Shown piece by piece: positions 7,649 through 15,733 of a stretch of 21,217 nt of DNA. Made by a program: the position numbers and the translations under genes. Source of the stretch: Sumerlaeia bacterium (GTDB lineage Bacteria > Sumerlaeota > Sumerlaeia > SLMS01 > JAHLLQ01). Within the stretch, counting starts at the first letter, position 1. Every line of letters starts with the position of its first letter. The stretch is taken from contig JAVJSW010000055.1 of the NCBI GenBank assembly GCA_040219255.1, positions 1 to 21,217 on the forward strand, in the 5' to 3' direction. The notes under the pieces are model-generated. The model was not told where the DNA came from, searched no databases, and saw nothing but the letters and a program-made list of their open reading frames with translations.

Positions 7649-8383
7649 TCAATCCCTCCGCAGCAGTTGGCGCTGGAAGACGTTCGAGAGTTCGTGGGCG
7701 AAACTGTCCATCTGGCTCGCGAGGTAATTCACCTGGCTTGTCAGCCAGTTGTACATCGCCGAGGCGGGAATGGCGACGAGGAGGCCGAAGACGGTGGTCA
7801 CGAGGGCGGTGGAAATGCCCGGGGCGATGGTGGCGAGTCCGGCGCTGCCTTCGTTGGCTGCGGCCTGGAACACGCCGAGCACGCCCCAGACGGTGCCGAA
7901 GAGGCCGATGAAGGGGGCCAGTGTGGCCGAGGTGGCGAGCCAGATCAGCTTGGATTCGAGTCGCCGCATTTCCGCCGCGATGGTGCGTTCCAGGGCGCTC
8001 TCCACCGAGAGGCGTCCGACGCGCAGGCGTTGGTCGAGGGACAGCGGCGTCTTTGAATTGGCGGCGATTTCCGACTCGTATTCCAGGTAGGCCTCGCGCA
8101 GAAGGGCGGCCAGGGGGCTGTTGGGATAGTGCTTCGTCGATTTGTAGGCGTCGCGTAGCGACTTGTGGCTTTCGTGGCACTCGGCGATGAAGTCTTTGGA
8201 CTCGGCGCTGGCGGCGCGGATGGAGGCCAGCTTGGCGAACATGTAGTAGCCGCTGACCACGGAAATGGCCGCCAGCAGACCGAGGCAGAGATAGCCGACG
8301 GCGTCCGTGGTGCGGATGGCGTCGACGATGCTGACGCCGGCGGCGAGGAAGGAAAGGGGGGAGGGAAGGAGCGGGGGACTCAT
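7649..8383 (-). CDS. MotA/TolQ/ExbB proton channel protein
   Basis: LATSATLAPFIGLFGTVWG, IAPGISTALVTTVFGLLVAIPA. Confidence 0.93.
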   Translation of the reverse strand: MSPPLLPSPLSFLAAGVSIVDAIRTTDAVGYLCLGLLAAISVVSGYYMFAKLASIRAASAESKDFIAECHESHKSLRDAYKSTKHYPNSPLAALLREAYLEYESEIAANSKTPLSLDQRLRVGRLSVESALERTIAAEMRRLESKLIWLATSATLAPFIGLFGTVWGVLGVFQAAANEGSAGLATIAPGISTALVTTVFGLLVAIPASAMYNWLTSQVNYLASQMDSFAHELSNVFQRQLLRRD

Positions 8384-8477
8384 GGGGAGCGTGGGGGCCT
8401 CGTCGGGGACTGGGAGGAACCGATTCCCTCTCCAACCCGCGCAAAATCAGGGCAGCACGCTGGGGCAGAGGGCGGGA

Positions 8478-9440
8478 TCAGTCGTCGTCCGGGGAGACCT
8501 GGAGGATGTCGAGCACGCGGTCGAGATCGTCGAGGGAAGCGTAAGCGATCTCGATGGCGCCGGTGGAGGCGGAGCGCGATTTGACCCGCACCTTGCACCC
8601 CAGACGGAGTAGCAATTTTTCTTCGAGGTTCACCACGTCAAGACTTTGTTCCCCCGGGGTTTTCGCCTTGGCGCGGGGACCGAACTTGCCGGCGGCGATC
8701 TTCTTGGCCAGCCGCTCGGCTTCGCGCACCGATAAGCCGTTGCGCAGGATCTCGCGCCGCAGCGTTTCCTGCTGGGCCGTTTCCGGCAGAGACAGAATCG
8801 CCCGCGCGTGGCCGGGGGTCAGGATGCCTTCCTCCAAATCCCGCAGCGCGTTCTCGGGTAACTTCAACAAACGCAACGTGTTAGCCACCGCCGTGCGGCT
8901 CTTGCCGACCCGCTCCGCCACATCGTCCTGGCTGTAACCGAACAGGTGCGTCAACCGGTCGTAGGCGCGCGCTTCTTCGACCGGGTTCAGGTCCTCGCGC
9001 TGCACGTTCTCGACAATGGCGAGTTCGAGCATCTGCTCTTCGGTGACGTCGATCACGCGCGCCGGGATGGTGGTCAGGCCGGCTTCCTGGGATGCGCGCA
9101 TGCGGCGCTCGCCGGCCAGCAGAATCCAGCGGCCCGGGCCTTCCTCCAGGTCCGGCATGACCAGGATGGGCTGGAGCACGCCGTTTTTCTTGATGGAGGC
9201 GGAGAGTTCGGCGAGGCGTTCGGGGTCGAAGTCCTCGCGTGGCTGGTGCGGGTTGCGGCGGATTTTGCCCAGTTCGATGTACGCGAGATCGCCGGGGGCC
9301 ACCTCGCCCGGCTGGGCCGGCCTGGGGTCGCTGCCCGGGGGTTCGATGGGGACGGCCTCGGCGGCCGCCGCCTTGGGATCGGAGAGCGTCCCCAGCAATG
9401 GGCCGAGGCCTCGTCCCAGGGCCTTGCGAGCTTTCGACAT
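8478..9440 (-). CDS. parB: Chromosome partitioning protein ParB/Spo0J
   Basis: ALGRGL N-terminus, NPHQPR, GERRMRA, ENVQREDLNPVEEA, HTH VGKSRTAVANTLRLL. Confidence 0.97.
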   Translation of the reverse strand: MSKARKALGRGLGPLLGTLSDPKAAAAEAVPIEPPGSDPRPAQPGEVAPGDLAYIELGKIRRNPHQPREDFDPERLAELSASIKKNGVLQPILVMPDLEEGPGRWILLAGERRMRASQEAGLTTIPARVIDVTEEQMLELAIVENVQREDLNPVEEARAYDRLTHLFGYSQDDVAERVGKSRTAVANTLRLLKLPENALRDLEEGILTPGHARAILSLPETAQQETLRREILRNGLSVREAERLAKKIAAGKFGPRAKAKTPGEQSLDVVNLEEKLLLRLGCKVRVKSRSASTGAIEIAYASLDDLDRVLDILQVSPDDD

Positions 9441-9473
9441 GATGGGGGCTCCTCCTGCGGATGGATGCGAAGT

Positions 9474-10346
9474 TTAGCTCGCGGCGGCTTTGGCGCGGGG
9501 GCTGTTGGCCGGTTTGCCGAGCCGTTCCAGAATCTCCGAGCAGAGCGCGCGGTAACTGCGGGCGCCGGCGCCCCAGCGCTCGTACTCGAAAATCGTCTGG
9601 CCGTGGCTCGGGCACTCAGCCAGGCGCACGCTGCGGGGGATCATCGCCTGGAAAACCTGCGCACCCAGGTTGTCGCGCATGTCGGCGACGATTTGCTGGG
9701 ACAGGTTGGTGCGCATGTCCGCCATGGTGATCACACAGCCCAGGGTGCGGAGCGCGGGATGGTGCTCGCGGCGGATTTCTTCGAGGGTACCCATGAGGGT
9801 GATGAGGCCTTCGAGGGCGAGGTATTCGCACTGGACGGGGACGATGACGCCATCGCTGGCGATAAGGATATTGATGGTCAAGAGGCTCAGGGACGGGGGC
9901 GCGTCGTAGAGCACGAAGTCGAAGTGGGCGGCTTTTTCCGCCAGCGCATCCCGCAGGACGAAGTTGCGGCGTTCCTCGCCCAGCGCGATCAGGTCCAGGT
10001 CGGCGCGGACGAAGGCGCTGTTGGCGGCGTAGAGGAAGGGGCGGTCCGGCCCCAGGTCCAGCGGATCGGGCCGGGCGTCGTCCTCGAACATCAGGTCGTA
10101 GGCGGTCGGTGTGTCTTCCGCATGGCGGTCCACGCCGAGGGCGGTGGAGGCGTTGCCCTGCGGATCCATGTCGACGAGGAGGGTGCGGTAGCCGCGTTCG
10201 CTGAGGTCGGCGGCGAGACTGACGGCGCTGGTGGTCTTGCCGACGCCGCCCTTTTGATTGATGATGGCGAGCCGGACAGGGCCAGAAGGTGTTTCACGTG
10301 AAACAGAGGGTGAGCGGGAAGGGCTCGATTTCGCTGCTTTCGCCAT
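9474..10346 (-). CDS. parA: Chromosome partitioning ATPase ParA/Soj
   Basis: NQKGGVGKTT, DMDPQGNAS, DAPPSL, PVQCEYLALEGL, IPRSVRLAECPSHG. Confidence 0.97.
   Translation of the reverse strand: MAKAAKSSPSRSPSVSRETPSGPVRLAIINQKGGVGKTTSAVSLAADLSERGYRTLLVDMDPQGNASTALGVDRHAEDTPTAYDLMFEDDARPDPLDLGPDRPFLYAANSAFVRADLDLIALGEERRNFVLRDALAEKAAHFDFVLYDAPPSLSLLTINILIASDGVIVPVQCEYLALEGLITLMGTLEEIRREHHPALRTLGCVITMADMRTNLSQQIVADMRDNLGAQVFQAMIPRSVRLAECPSHGQTIFEYERWGAGARSYRALCSEILERLGKPANSPRAKAAAS
10290..10305. promoter_or_regulatory. parS: parS site (inside the 5' end of parA)
   Basis: Perfect TGTTTCACGTGAAACA. Confidence 0.92.
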
Positions 10347-10487
10347 GGAAAATCCAACGGTGGGGTGGAACGGGACCGCCTTGCGCGATCACGCCCCGGA
10401 TCAAACGCCCCCACTCCGCGAACGGTCAAGACCAAAGCCCGAAAACCCAAGCCCCGCGCGGAATTATGGCAGGAAAACGGAGCCGCC

Positions 10488-11564
10488 TCAGGGCCGCGAA
10501 ACGGTCGGCGGAACCTCCACCACGTCCGTCGAATCCTCACGCGCCATCGACCCCGCCCGCTGGACCAGTTCCCGCAGGTCGGGATGGACCAGGGCGGACA
10601 CCTGGCGCCCGCTCAGGGCGCTTTCCAACGCCGGAGTCAATCCCGTGGCGATCACCGGGGGGTTCGTGCGCAGCGCCCGCCGCGCCAGCATCAGTTTCTC
10701 CGATGCGTGCTCGGACAGCAGCACCAGGGCCGCCGGCTCCTGCGTCGTCACCGCGAAACGGTCGTACAGATCGACGGTCGTTTCGGACCCGTGCAGCTCC
10801 ACGACCTCCAGCGGACGGTCTCCAGGCCAGACGTCAAGCAGGCCAACCAGCCGTTCGCGCGCCGCATCATCCCCCGCCGAGACCACCCAGACGGGGCCTG
10901 TGCGGCGGGAAGCATCCGTCAGCCGCAACGCCTCGGCGGCGGCCGCGCGCCCCTCCGCGGCGAACGTCACCGCCACCACTGGGACCTCCCACGTTGTGCC
11001 GGAAAGGCGGTCTTTGCCGCCATACAGGAAGATAGCGGGGCGCATGCGCAGTTCGAGCGCTTGGTCACGCAGGTCAGCGCCGGCCTTTGGGTCGGCGGCG
11101 TCGATCAGGACATAACGCGCTCCCCGGGTCAGCATCGAACGCATCAGTTGATCGGGGCGCTCCCCGAGAGAGGAGGGGAAAACCAGGGAGAGCGCCGGTC
11201 CGGAAACGCGCCGCATCCGCGCCTCCCAGGCGACCCAGTCGGCCTCGGCGCGCCGCGTCGACACGACGCCCATGCGAACGATGTCGGCGGCGGCGGGAGC
11301 GGTCGCGGCGGGTGTGGCGTTCGCCGCCGGCGGACCGGGCGCCCGGGGCAATCCCCGCGCTGGCGTCGGCAAGAAGCCGGGGCGGACATAGGTGGTCTCG
11401 CCCAGCGGCGGCGGCGGCGGCTCGCGGTCGGACTCTTCCTCCACCGCCCCGCGACGCTCGGCGCCGCGAATCGGTGGTGTGGGTTCGGTGGCGCCGGCGA
11501 CTCCGAAGGAGACGAGCCATAGGGCCAGAGCAAGAAGAGTCGAAAGCGAAGCGGGTGAAGTCAT
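10488..11564 (-). CDS. Exported protein, distantly like a type I periplasmic-binding-protein fold
   Basis: Signal-like MTSPASLSTLLALALWLVSFGVAGA at ATG 11564 (the ORF-track extension to 11942 overlaps the divergent gene). Segments such as GARYVLIDAAD and LESALSGRQVSALV are reminiscent of sugar-binding proteins. Confidence 0.6.
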   Translation of the reverse strand: MTSPASLSTLLALALWLVSFGVAGATEPTPPIRGAERRGAVEEESDREPPPPPLGETTYVRPGFLPTPARGLPRAPGPPAANATPAATAPAAADIVRMGVVSTRRAEADWVAWEARMRRVSGPALSLVFPSSLGERPDQLMRSMLTRGARYVLIDAADPKAGADLRDQALELRMRPAIFLYGGKDRLSGTTWEVPVVAVTFAAEGRAAAAEALRLTDASRRTGPVWVVSAGDDAARERLVGLLDVWPGDRPLEVVELHGSETTVDLYDRFAVTTQEPAALVLLSEHASEKLMLARRALRTNPPVIATGLTPALESALSGRQVSALVHPDLRELVQRAGSMAREDSTDVVEVPPTVSRP

Positions 11565-11745
11565 GAGCGGGCATGTCCGGTTGGGGAGAAAGCTGACGGG
11601 GAGCCTAGGCGAGCCCCCGCGCCCGGGGCAAGGCGGAGCTGCGAAGGGGGATTGACCCGTTGCGCATTCTGGGGTCTCTGATGGGTACCGGTGGCCGCAC
11701 TGCGGTACACGGCGCGCTCCCCTTTCCCAACCGGAGGACGAAAGC

Positions 11746-12894
11746 ATGAAACAAGCAGGTGCTTTGGCCGCGAGCTTCGCCGGCCTCTGGACGACCTTCG
11801 CCCCGGCGCTGGCTCTGCCCCAGGACGACGAACAGACATCGCCGACACTGACTGTCGTGGCCAGCGACCCGGACGGGTTGCCGGTCGAGGGCGCCGCCTT
11901 TCGCGTCGAGTTTCCAGACCGCGAGCCCGCCGCGCTCACCACCGGAGAGATCGGAACCGCCGAGGTCGTCCTCGACGACGCCGCGGGAACGGTCAGCCTT
12001 CGCCTTGCGGACGACCGATTCTGGACGCCGGACGGAGCGCGCGTGGCCTATGCGGGGGCCGAGTTCTTTTCCCTCTACCCGACCGATGTGTCGCGCATGA
12101 CCCGCGAGCAGCGCATCGCCTACGCGACCGCCCTGGCGCGCGCGCTGCCCCAGCACTTCGCCGAGGAAGCCGCCTCGCTGGACGATGCCGAGCGCCTGGC
12201 CGCGCACCGTGTGGCGGCTCTGATGCGCCCGGCGATTGCCCTGGAGGACCGGCAGGCGGGGGGATTGACCATCGAGCAGGCCGCGCAGGAATCCCGGCTG
12301 ATGGAAGGCGCCATCGGCGTTCGCGTACTGGATCATCTGGGCAAGCCGGCGGAAGGGGTTCTGGTCTCAATGCTGTCGTTCGACCTGCAGGCGGGAGCGG
12401 CGCGCTTGGCGAGTTTCGAGCGGACCAACACCCAGGGCGACGCGGTGTTCGATTCGCTGCCGTTGGGGTCCTGGTATCGCGCCACGGCCACTTCTCCGGC
12501 GGGTCAGCCTTTCTCCTCGGGCATCGCGGAATTGTCCCCCGCGGATTCGCTGCGGACGCTCGAGCCGATCGTCATGCGCGAGGGCGGGTTCGTCGCGCGG
12601 GGCTTTTTGCTCCGTTCGGAAGACCTTCCCGCGGCCGGCGCCATGATTTTCGCGACGCCCAGGCCCAACGGACCCACCTTCCGGACCACGGCCGGACCGT
12701 TCGGTTACTTCACCTTGCCCCTGCCGGATAACGGCGGCGAGAGCGTTACCCTCACGATCCGGCACGCTCTGGAGGGTTCGCTGATCGAAGAGCGGGTCCG
12801 GGTTTCGCCAGAGGACGGAGAGATTCTTCTGCTGCTGGATCGGTTGGTGGCACGAGAGCAAGCGGATGATGTTTCACGTGAAACATCATACTGA
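11746..12894 (+). CDS. Secreted protein with carboxypeptidase-regulatory-like beta-sandwich repeats
   Basis: GGAGG SD at 11733-11737, signal peptide, repeated DxxGxPxEG motifs (DPDGLPVEGA, DHLGKPAEGV), TNTQGDAVFDSLPLGSWY. Confidence 0.75.
   Translation: MKQAGALAASFAGLWTTFAPALALPQDDEQTSPTLTVVASDPDGLPVEGAAFRVEFPDREPAALTTGEIGTAEVVLDDAAGTVSLRLADDRFWTPDGARVAYAGAEFFSLYPTDVSRMTREQRIAYATALARALPQHFAEEAASLDDAERLAAHRVAALMRPAIALEDRQAGGLTIEQAAQESRLMEGAIGVRVLDHLGKPAEGVLVSMLSFDLQAGAARLASFERTNTQGDAVFDSLPLGSWYRATATSPAGQPFSSGIAELSPADSLRTLEPIVMREGGFVARGFLLRSEDLPAAGAMIFATPRPNGPTFRTTAGPFGYFTLPLPDNGGESVTLTIRHALEGSLIEERVRVSPEDGEILLLLDRLVAREQADDVSRETSY
12870..12885. promoter_or_regulatory. parS: parS site (inside the 3' end of the upstream CDS)
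   Basis: Perfect TGTTTCACGTGAAACA; the palindrome extends to 24 bp (12866-12889). Confidence 0.92.
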
Positions 12895-12913
12895 CTCATG
12901 AAATGAGACCCCC

Positions 12914-13699
12914 ATGCATATTGTCATCGAAGATCTGCACAAGCGATTCGGCAGCAACGTCGTCTTTGAAGGCGTCAATCTCGAGATCCCCGCAGGCCAG
13001 CTCTGCATGATCGTCGGGCGGTCCGGCATCGGAAAATCCGTCCTCCTCAAGCACATCGTCGGTCTGCTGCAGCCCGATTCGGGCCGCATTCTAATCGATG
13101 GCCAGGACATCGTGGGCCTTTCGGAGAAGGACCTTCTCGCGGTTCGCAAGCGCTTCGGCATGATTTTTCAAACGGGCGGCCTTCTGCAGTCGCTCACCGT
13201 CGGTCAAAACGTCGGTCTTCCCCTCACCGAAGTCTACCACGAGAAACCCAGCGAAGTGGATCGCATCGTCGCGGAAAAGCTCAATCTGGTCGGATTGAAG
13301 GGGCGCGAGGAGCAGTCTCCAAGCACTCTTTCCGGCGGCCAGCGTAAACGCGCCGCCATCGCGCGGGCCCTGACCACGCGGGCGGAATGCTTCCTCTTCG
13401 ACGAACCCACCGCGGGCCTCGATCCCCCGATGGCCGAGAACGTTGACGACATCGTCAAGAAGGTGAACCGCGACATCGGAGCCACTGTCATCGAGGTGAC
13501 CCACGATATGACCAGCGTCTTCGAGTTGGCGGATGTAGTGCACATGCTGCACGATGGCAAGATCGTCTTCTCGGGCGACATTCATCAGCTTCGCGACAGC
13601 GGCGACCCGGTCGTCAGGGAATTCCTGTCACGCGACTTGCAGAGCGAGATGACGCGGCAAAGCCAAAGCAGCTCCGAGGCCGTGGCCCGGACCGAGTAG
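12914..13699 (+). CDS. mlaF: ABC transporter ATP-binding protein, MlaF/Mkl-like
   Basis: GRSGIGKS, RKRFGMIFQTGGLLQSLTVGQNV, LSGGQRKR, FDEPTAGLDP. Confidence 0.85.
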   Translation: MHIVIEDLHKRFGSNVVFEGVNLEIPAGQLCMIVGRSGIGKSVLLKHIVGLLQPDSGRILIDGQDIVGLSEKDLLAVRKRFGMIFQTGGLLQSLTVGQNVGLPLTEVYHEKPSEVDRIVAEKLNLVGLKGREEQSPSTLSGGQRKRAAIARALTTRAECFLFDEPTAGLDPPMAENVDDIVKKVNRDIGATVIEVTHDMTSVFELADVVHMLHDGKIVFSGDIHQLRDSGDPVVREFLSRDLQSEMTRQSQSSSEAVARTE

Positions 13700-13764
13700 A
13701 CGCGGACTAAGTCGGTTCCGATCCATCGTCTGCTCGCCCCCAGCGACAAACGCCAGCACGACCC

Positions 13765-13780
13765 TGTTTCACGTGAAACA
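13765..13780. promoter_or_regulatory. parS: parS site (intergenic)
   Basis: Perfect TGTTTCACGTGAAACA. Confidence 0.92.
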
Positions 13781-13792
13781 TAAGGCAACCCC

Positions 13793-14671
13793 ATGAACAT
13801 CGTTTGCCTCAATGGAGAATTCCTTCCTCTCCAGGACGCGCGCCTCTCACCCATGGACGCCGGGTTTCTGCTGGGCGATGGGGTGTTCGAAACCATGCGG
13901 GCGCAGGACGGCCAGGTGCTCTTCGCCGCCGAACACTTCGCCCGCCTCGCCAACGGCCTGCGCACCCTCGCCATACCTTACCCGGTGCATCCCGAGGAAT
14001 TGCTCTCGTGGGCCCACGCGGTCCTCGACGCCAACGGCCTCGCCAATGCCCGCCTGCGCCTCAGCATCTCCCGCGGGCCGGTGCGGGGCGGGCCGGTGTC
14101 GCCGCAGGAGGGCGAGCCAACAGCCCTCCTCGCCGCGTTTTCCGTCGATGAAGAGGCCCTCTCGCAGTCCCGCTCCCGAGGCTGGCACCTGCGAACCGCC
14201 TCCTTCCCGAAAAACCACCGCTCCCCCCTCGCCCGCATCAAGTCCCTCAGCTATGCCGTGGCCCTGATGGCGCGGCGCGAGGCTCACGTCTCCGGCGCCG
14301 ATGCGGCCCTTCTTCTCAACAGCGAAGGCGCCATCGCCGAGGCCGACATGGCGAATCTCTTCTCCGTGCGCCAGAACGTTCTTCTGACGCCGCCGGTGGG
14401 CGACGGGGCCTTGCCGGGAATCATGCGGGGTCAGGTGATCCGTCTCGCGCGCGAAATCGGCTACGCGGTGCATGAGACCCGCCTGATGCCCGAGGATCTC
14501 GGGATTGGTGGAGAAGTTTTCGCCACCAATGCGATCGTGCGGATCGTGCCGGTGGTACGGGTCGATGACCGGTTGATTGGCAACGGCGAGCCGGGCCGTG
14601 AGACGGTGCGCCTGACGAAGGCTCTCGGCGGGCGCATCGATCAGATGCTGGGTGCGGTCCGGCGGGGCTGA
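13793..14671 (+). CDS. Class IV PLP aminotransferase (IlvE/PabC/Dat family)
   Basis: DAGFLLGDGVFETMR, EHFARL, IKSLSY (PLP Lys), ALPGIMRG. Confidence 0.92.
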   Translation: MNIVCLNGEFLPLQDARLSPMDAGFLLGDGVFETMRAQDGQVLFAAEHFARLANGLRTLAIPYPVHPEELLSWAHAVLDANGLANARLRLSISRGPVRGGPVSPQEGEPTALLAAFSVDEEALSQSRSRGWHLRTASFPKNHRSPLARIKSLSYAVALMARREAHVSGADAALLLNSEGAIAEADMANLFSVRQNVLLTPPVGDGALPGIMRGQVIRLAREIGYAVHETRLMPEDLGIGGEVFATNAIVRIVPVVRVDDRLIGNGEPGRETVRLTKALGGRIDQMLGAVRRG

Positions 14672-14694
14672 AACCGCCCCCCCTCCGTCCTGGG

Positions 14695-14710
14695 CGTTTC
14701 ACGTGAAACA
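14695..14710. promoter_or_regulatory. parS: parS site (intergenic, 15/16)
   Basis: CGTTTCACGTGAAACA. Confidence 0.88.
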
Positions 14711-14721
14711 CACTCTTTGAA

Positions 14722-15609
14722 TCAGCGGCCAAGCGCCGCCAACACCTCGCGCACGGCCGCTTCGATGCTCGGTCGGTTCGATGGGCGGGGCAGCGGCGGC
14801 GCATCCGTCGGCTCGGGGGCCGTCGAGGCCTTCGGCTCATCCGTGACGCGGGGAAAGCGCGCGCCGTCGAAGGGTTCACGCGCCGGAGCCCACGCCGGAT
14901 CCTGGCGCCGGACGTGCACGGATGGTTCCCGCAACCGCACCCCCCGCATTCCCGCCCGCGAGTCTGCGATGCGCCACGCGGCTTTGGCCCCGATCAACTC
15001 CTCATGCTCCTCCACCGTCAGCGTGTTCAGGGTCCCCAGCCCTTCCCCCAGAAGCAGCACACGGCACACCTGATCCAGCGTTTCCATACGATAGTACGCG
15101 TCGAACGGATCGGTCCCGACGGCGATGGCGCCGTGATTCTGGAGGAGCAGCGTGTCGCGGTGGGCGAGCCAGGGACCCAGTGAGCGCGCGAGTTCCCAGG
15201 TGCCCGGTAAGCGATAGGGGACGACGGGGACCTCGCCGAGGAACAGTTCGGCCTCGGGCAGAACACCCTTGGGCAGGGCCCGGCCGGTGATGGCGAAGGC
15301 GGTGGCGTGGGGAGGATGGGCATGGACGACCGCCGAGATATCGGACCGGGTGCGGTAGGCGTGCAGGTGCATGCGGATTTCGCTCGTCAGGCGTCGCTCG
15401 CCACCGACTTGATTGCCATCTAAGTCCACTAAAACCAGATCATGAGGCGTCAAAAACCCCTTGCTGATCATGGTGGGCGTAGCCAGGACGGTGTTTTCGT
15501 CGAGACGAAACGAGATATTGCCGTCGTTGTTGGCCACGAAGCCACGATGCCAGAGGCGGCGGCCCACTTCGCAGATGGCGTCGCGAATGTCGAAGGTGGC
15601 GGTGGTCAT
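14722..15609 (-). CDS. Class II aldolase/adducin family (fuculose/rhamnulose-phosphate aldolase-like) with C-terminal encapsulation-peptide-like helix
   Basis: NDGNIS, TSEIRMH, VVHAHPPHATAF, LLQNHG; Pro-rich linker then SIEAAVREVLAALGR. Confidence 0.9.
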   Translation of the reverse strand: MTTATFDIRDAICEVGRRLWHRGFVANNDGNISFRLDENTVLATPTMISKGFLTPHDLVLVDLDGNQVGGERRLTSEIRMHLHAYRTRSDISAVVHAHPPHATAFAITGRALPKGVLPEAELFLGEVPVVPYRLPGTWELARSLGPWLAHRDTLLLQNHGAIAVGTDPFDAYYRMETLDQVCRVLLLGEGLGTLNTLTVEEHEELIGAKAAWRIADSRAGMRGVRLREPSVHVRRQDPAWAPAREPFDGARFPRVTDEPKASTAPEPTDAPPLPRPSNRPSIEAAVREVLAALGR

Positions 15610-15695
15610 GAGGGTTGGCCCTCCCGGGGCGGCAAGAAATTACCCTCTGCGATGGCGGGGCTGTGTCTTTGGGGCAAGGGGAAGGCGGCGCGGGC

Positions 15696-15723
15696 TTGAC
15701 ACTCGGGCGGGCGGGTCAATGCT
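15696..15723 (+). promoter_or_regulatory. Probable sigma70 promoter for the sugar transferase
   Basis: TTGACA 15696-15701, 16-bp spacer, AATGCT 15718-15723; TTGAC...GTCAA inverted arrangement in a divergent intergenic region. Confidence 0.4.
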
Positions 15724-15733
15724 GGCGATGCCG

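Noticed and set aside
11678-11745. Hammerhead-ribozyme-like CTGATGG...GACGAAAG
   Set aside because: The core should be CUGANGA; the conserved A is G, stems I and III are not evident, and GGAGGACGAAAG is explained by the SD of the next gene.
10290-14710. Repeated 16-bp palindrome as CRISPR or IS ends
   Set aside because: Spacing is about 0.9-2.6 kb, there is no cas or transposase gene, and the sequence matches the parS consensus.
15461-15733. N-terminal extension of the sugar transferase in the ORF track
   Set aside because: It overlaps the divergent aldolase gene and the promoter region; the real start is near 15719-15740.
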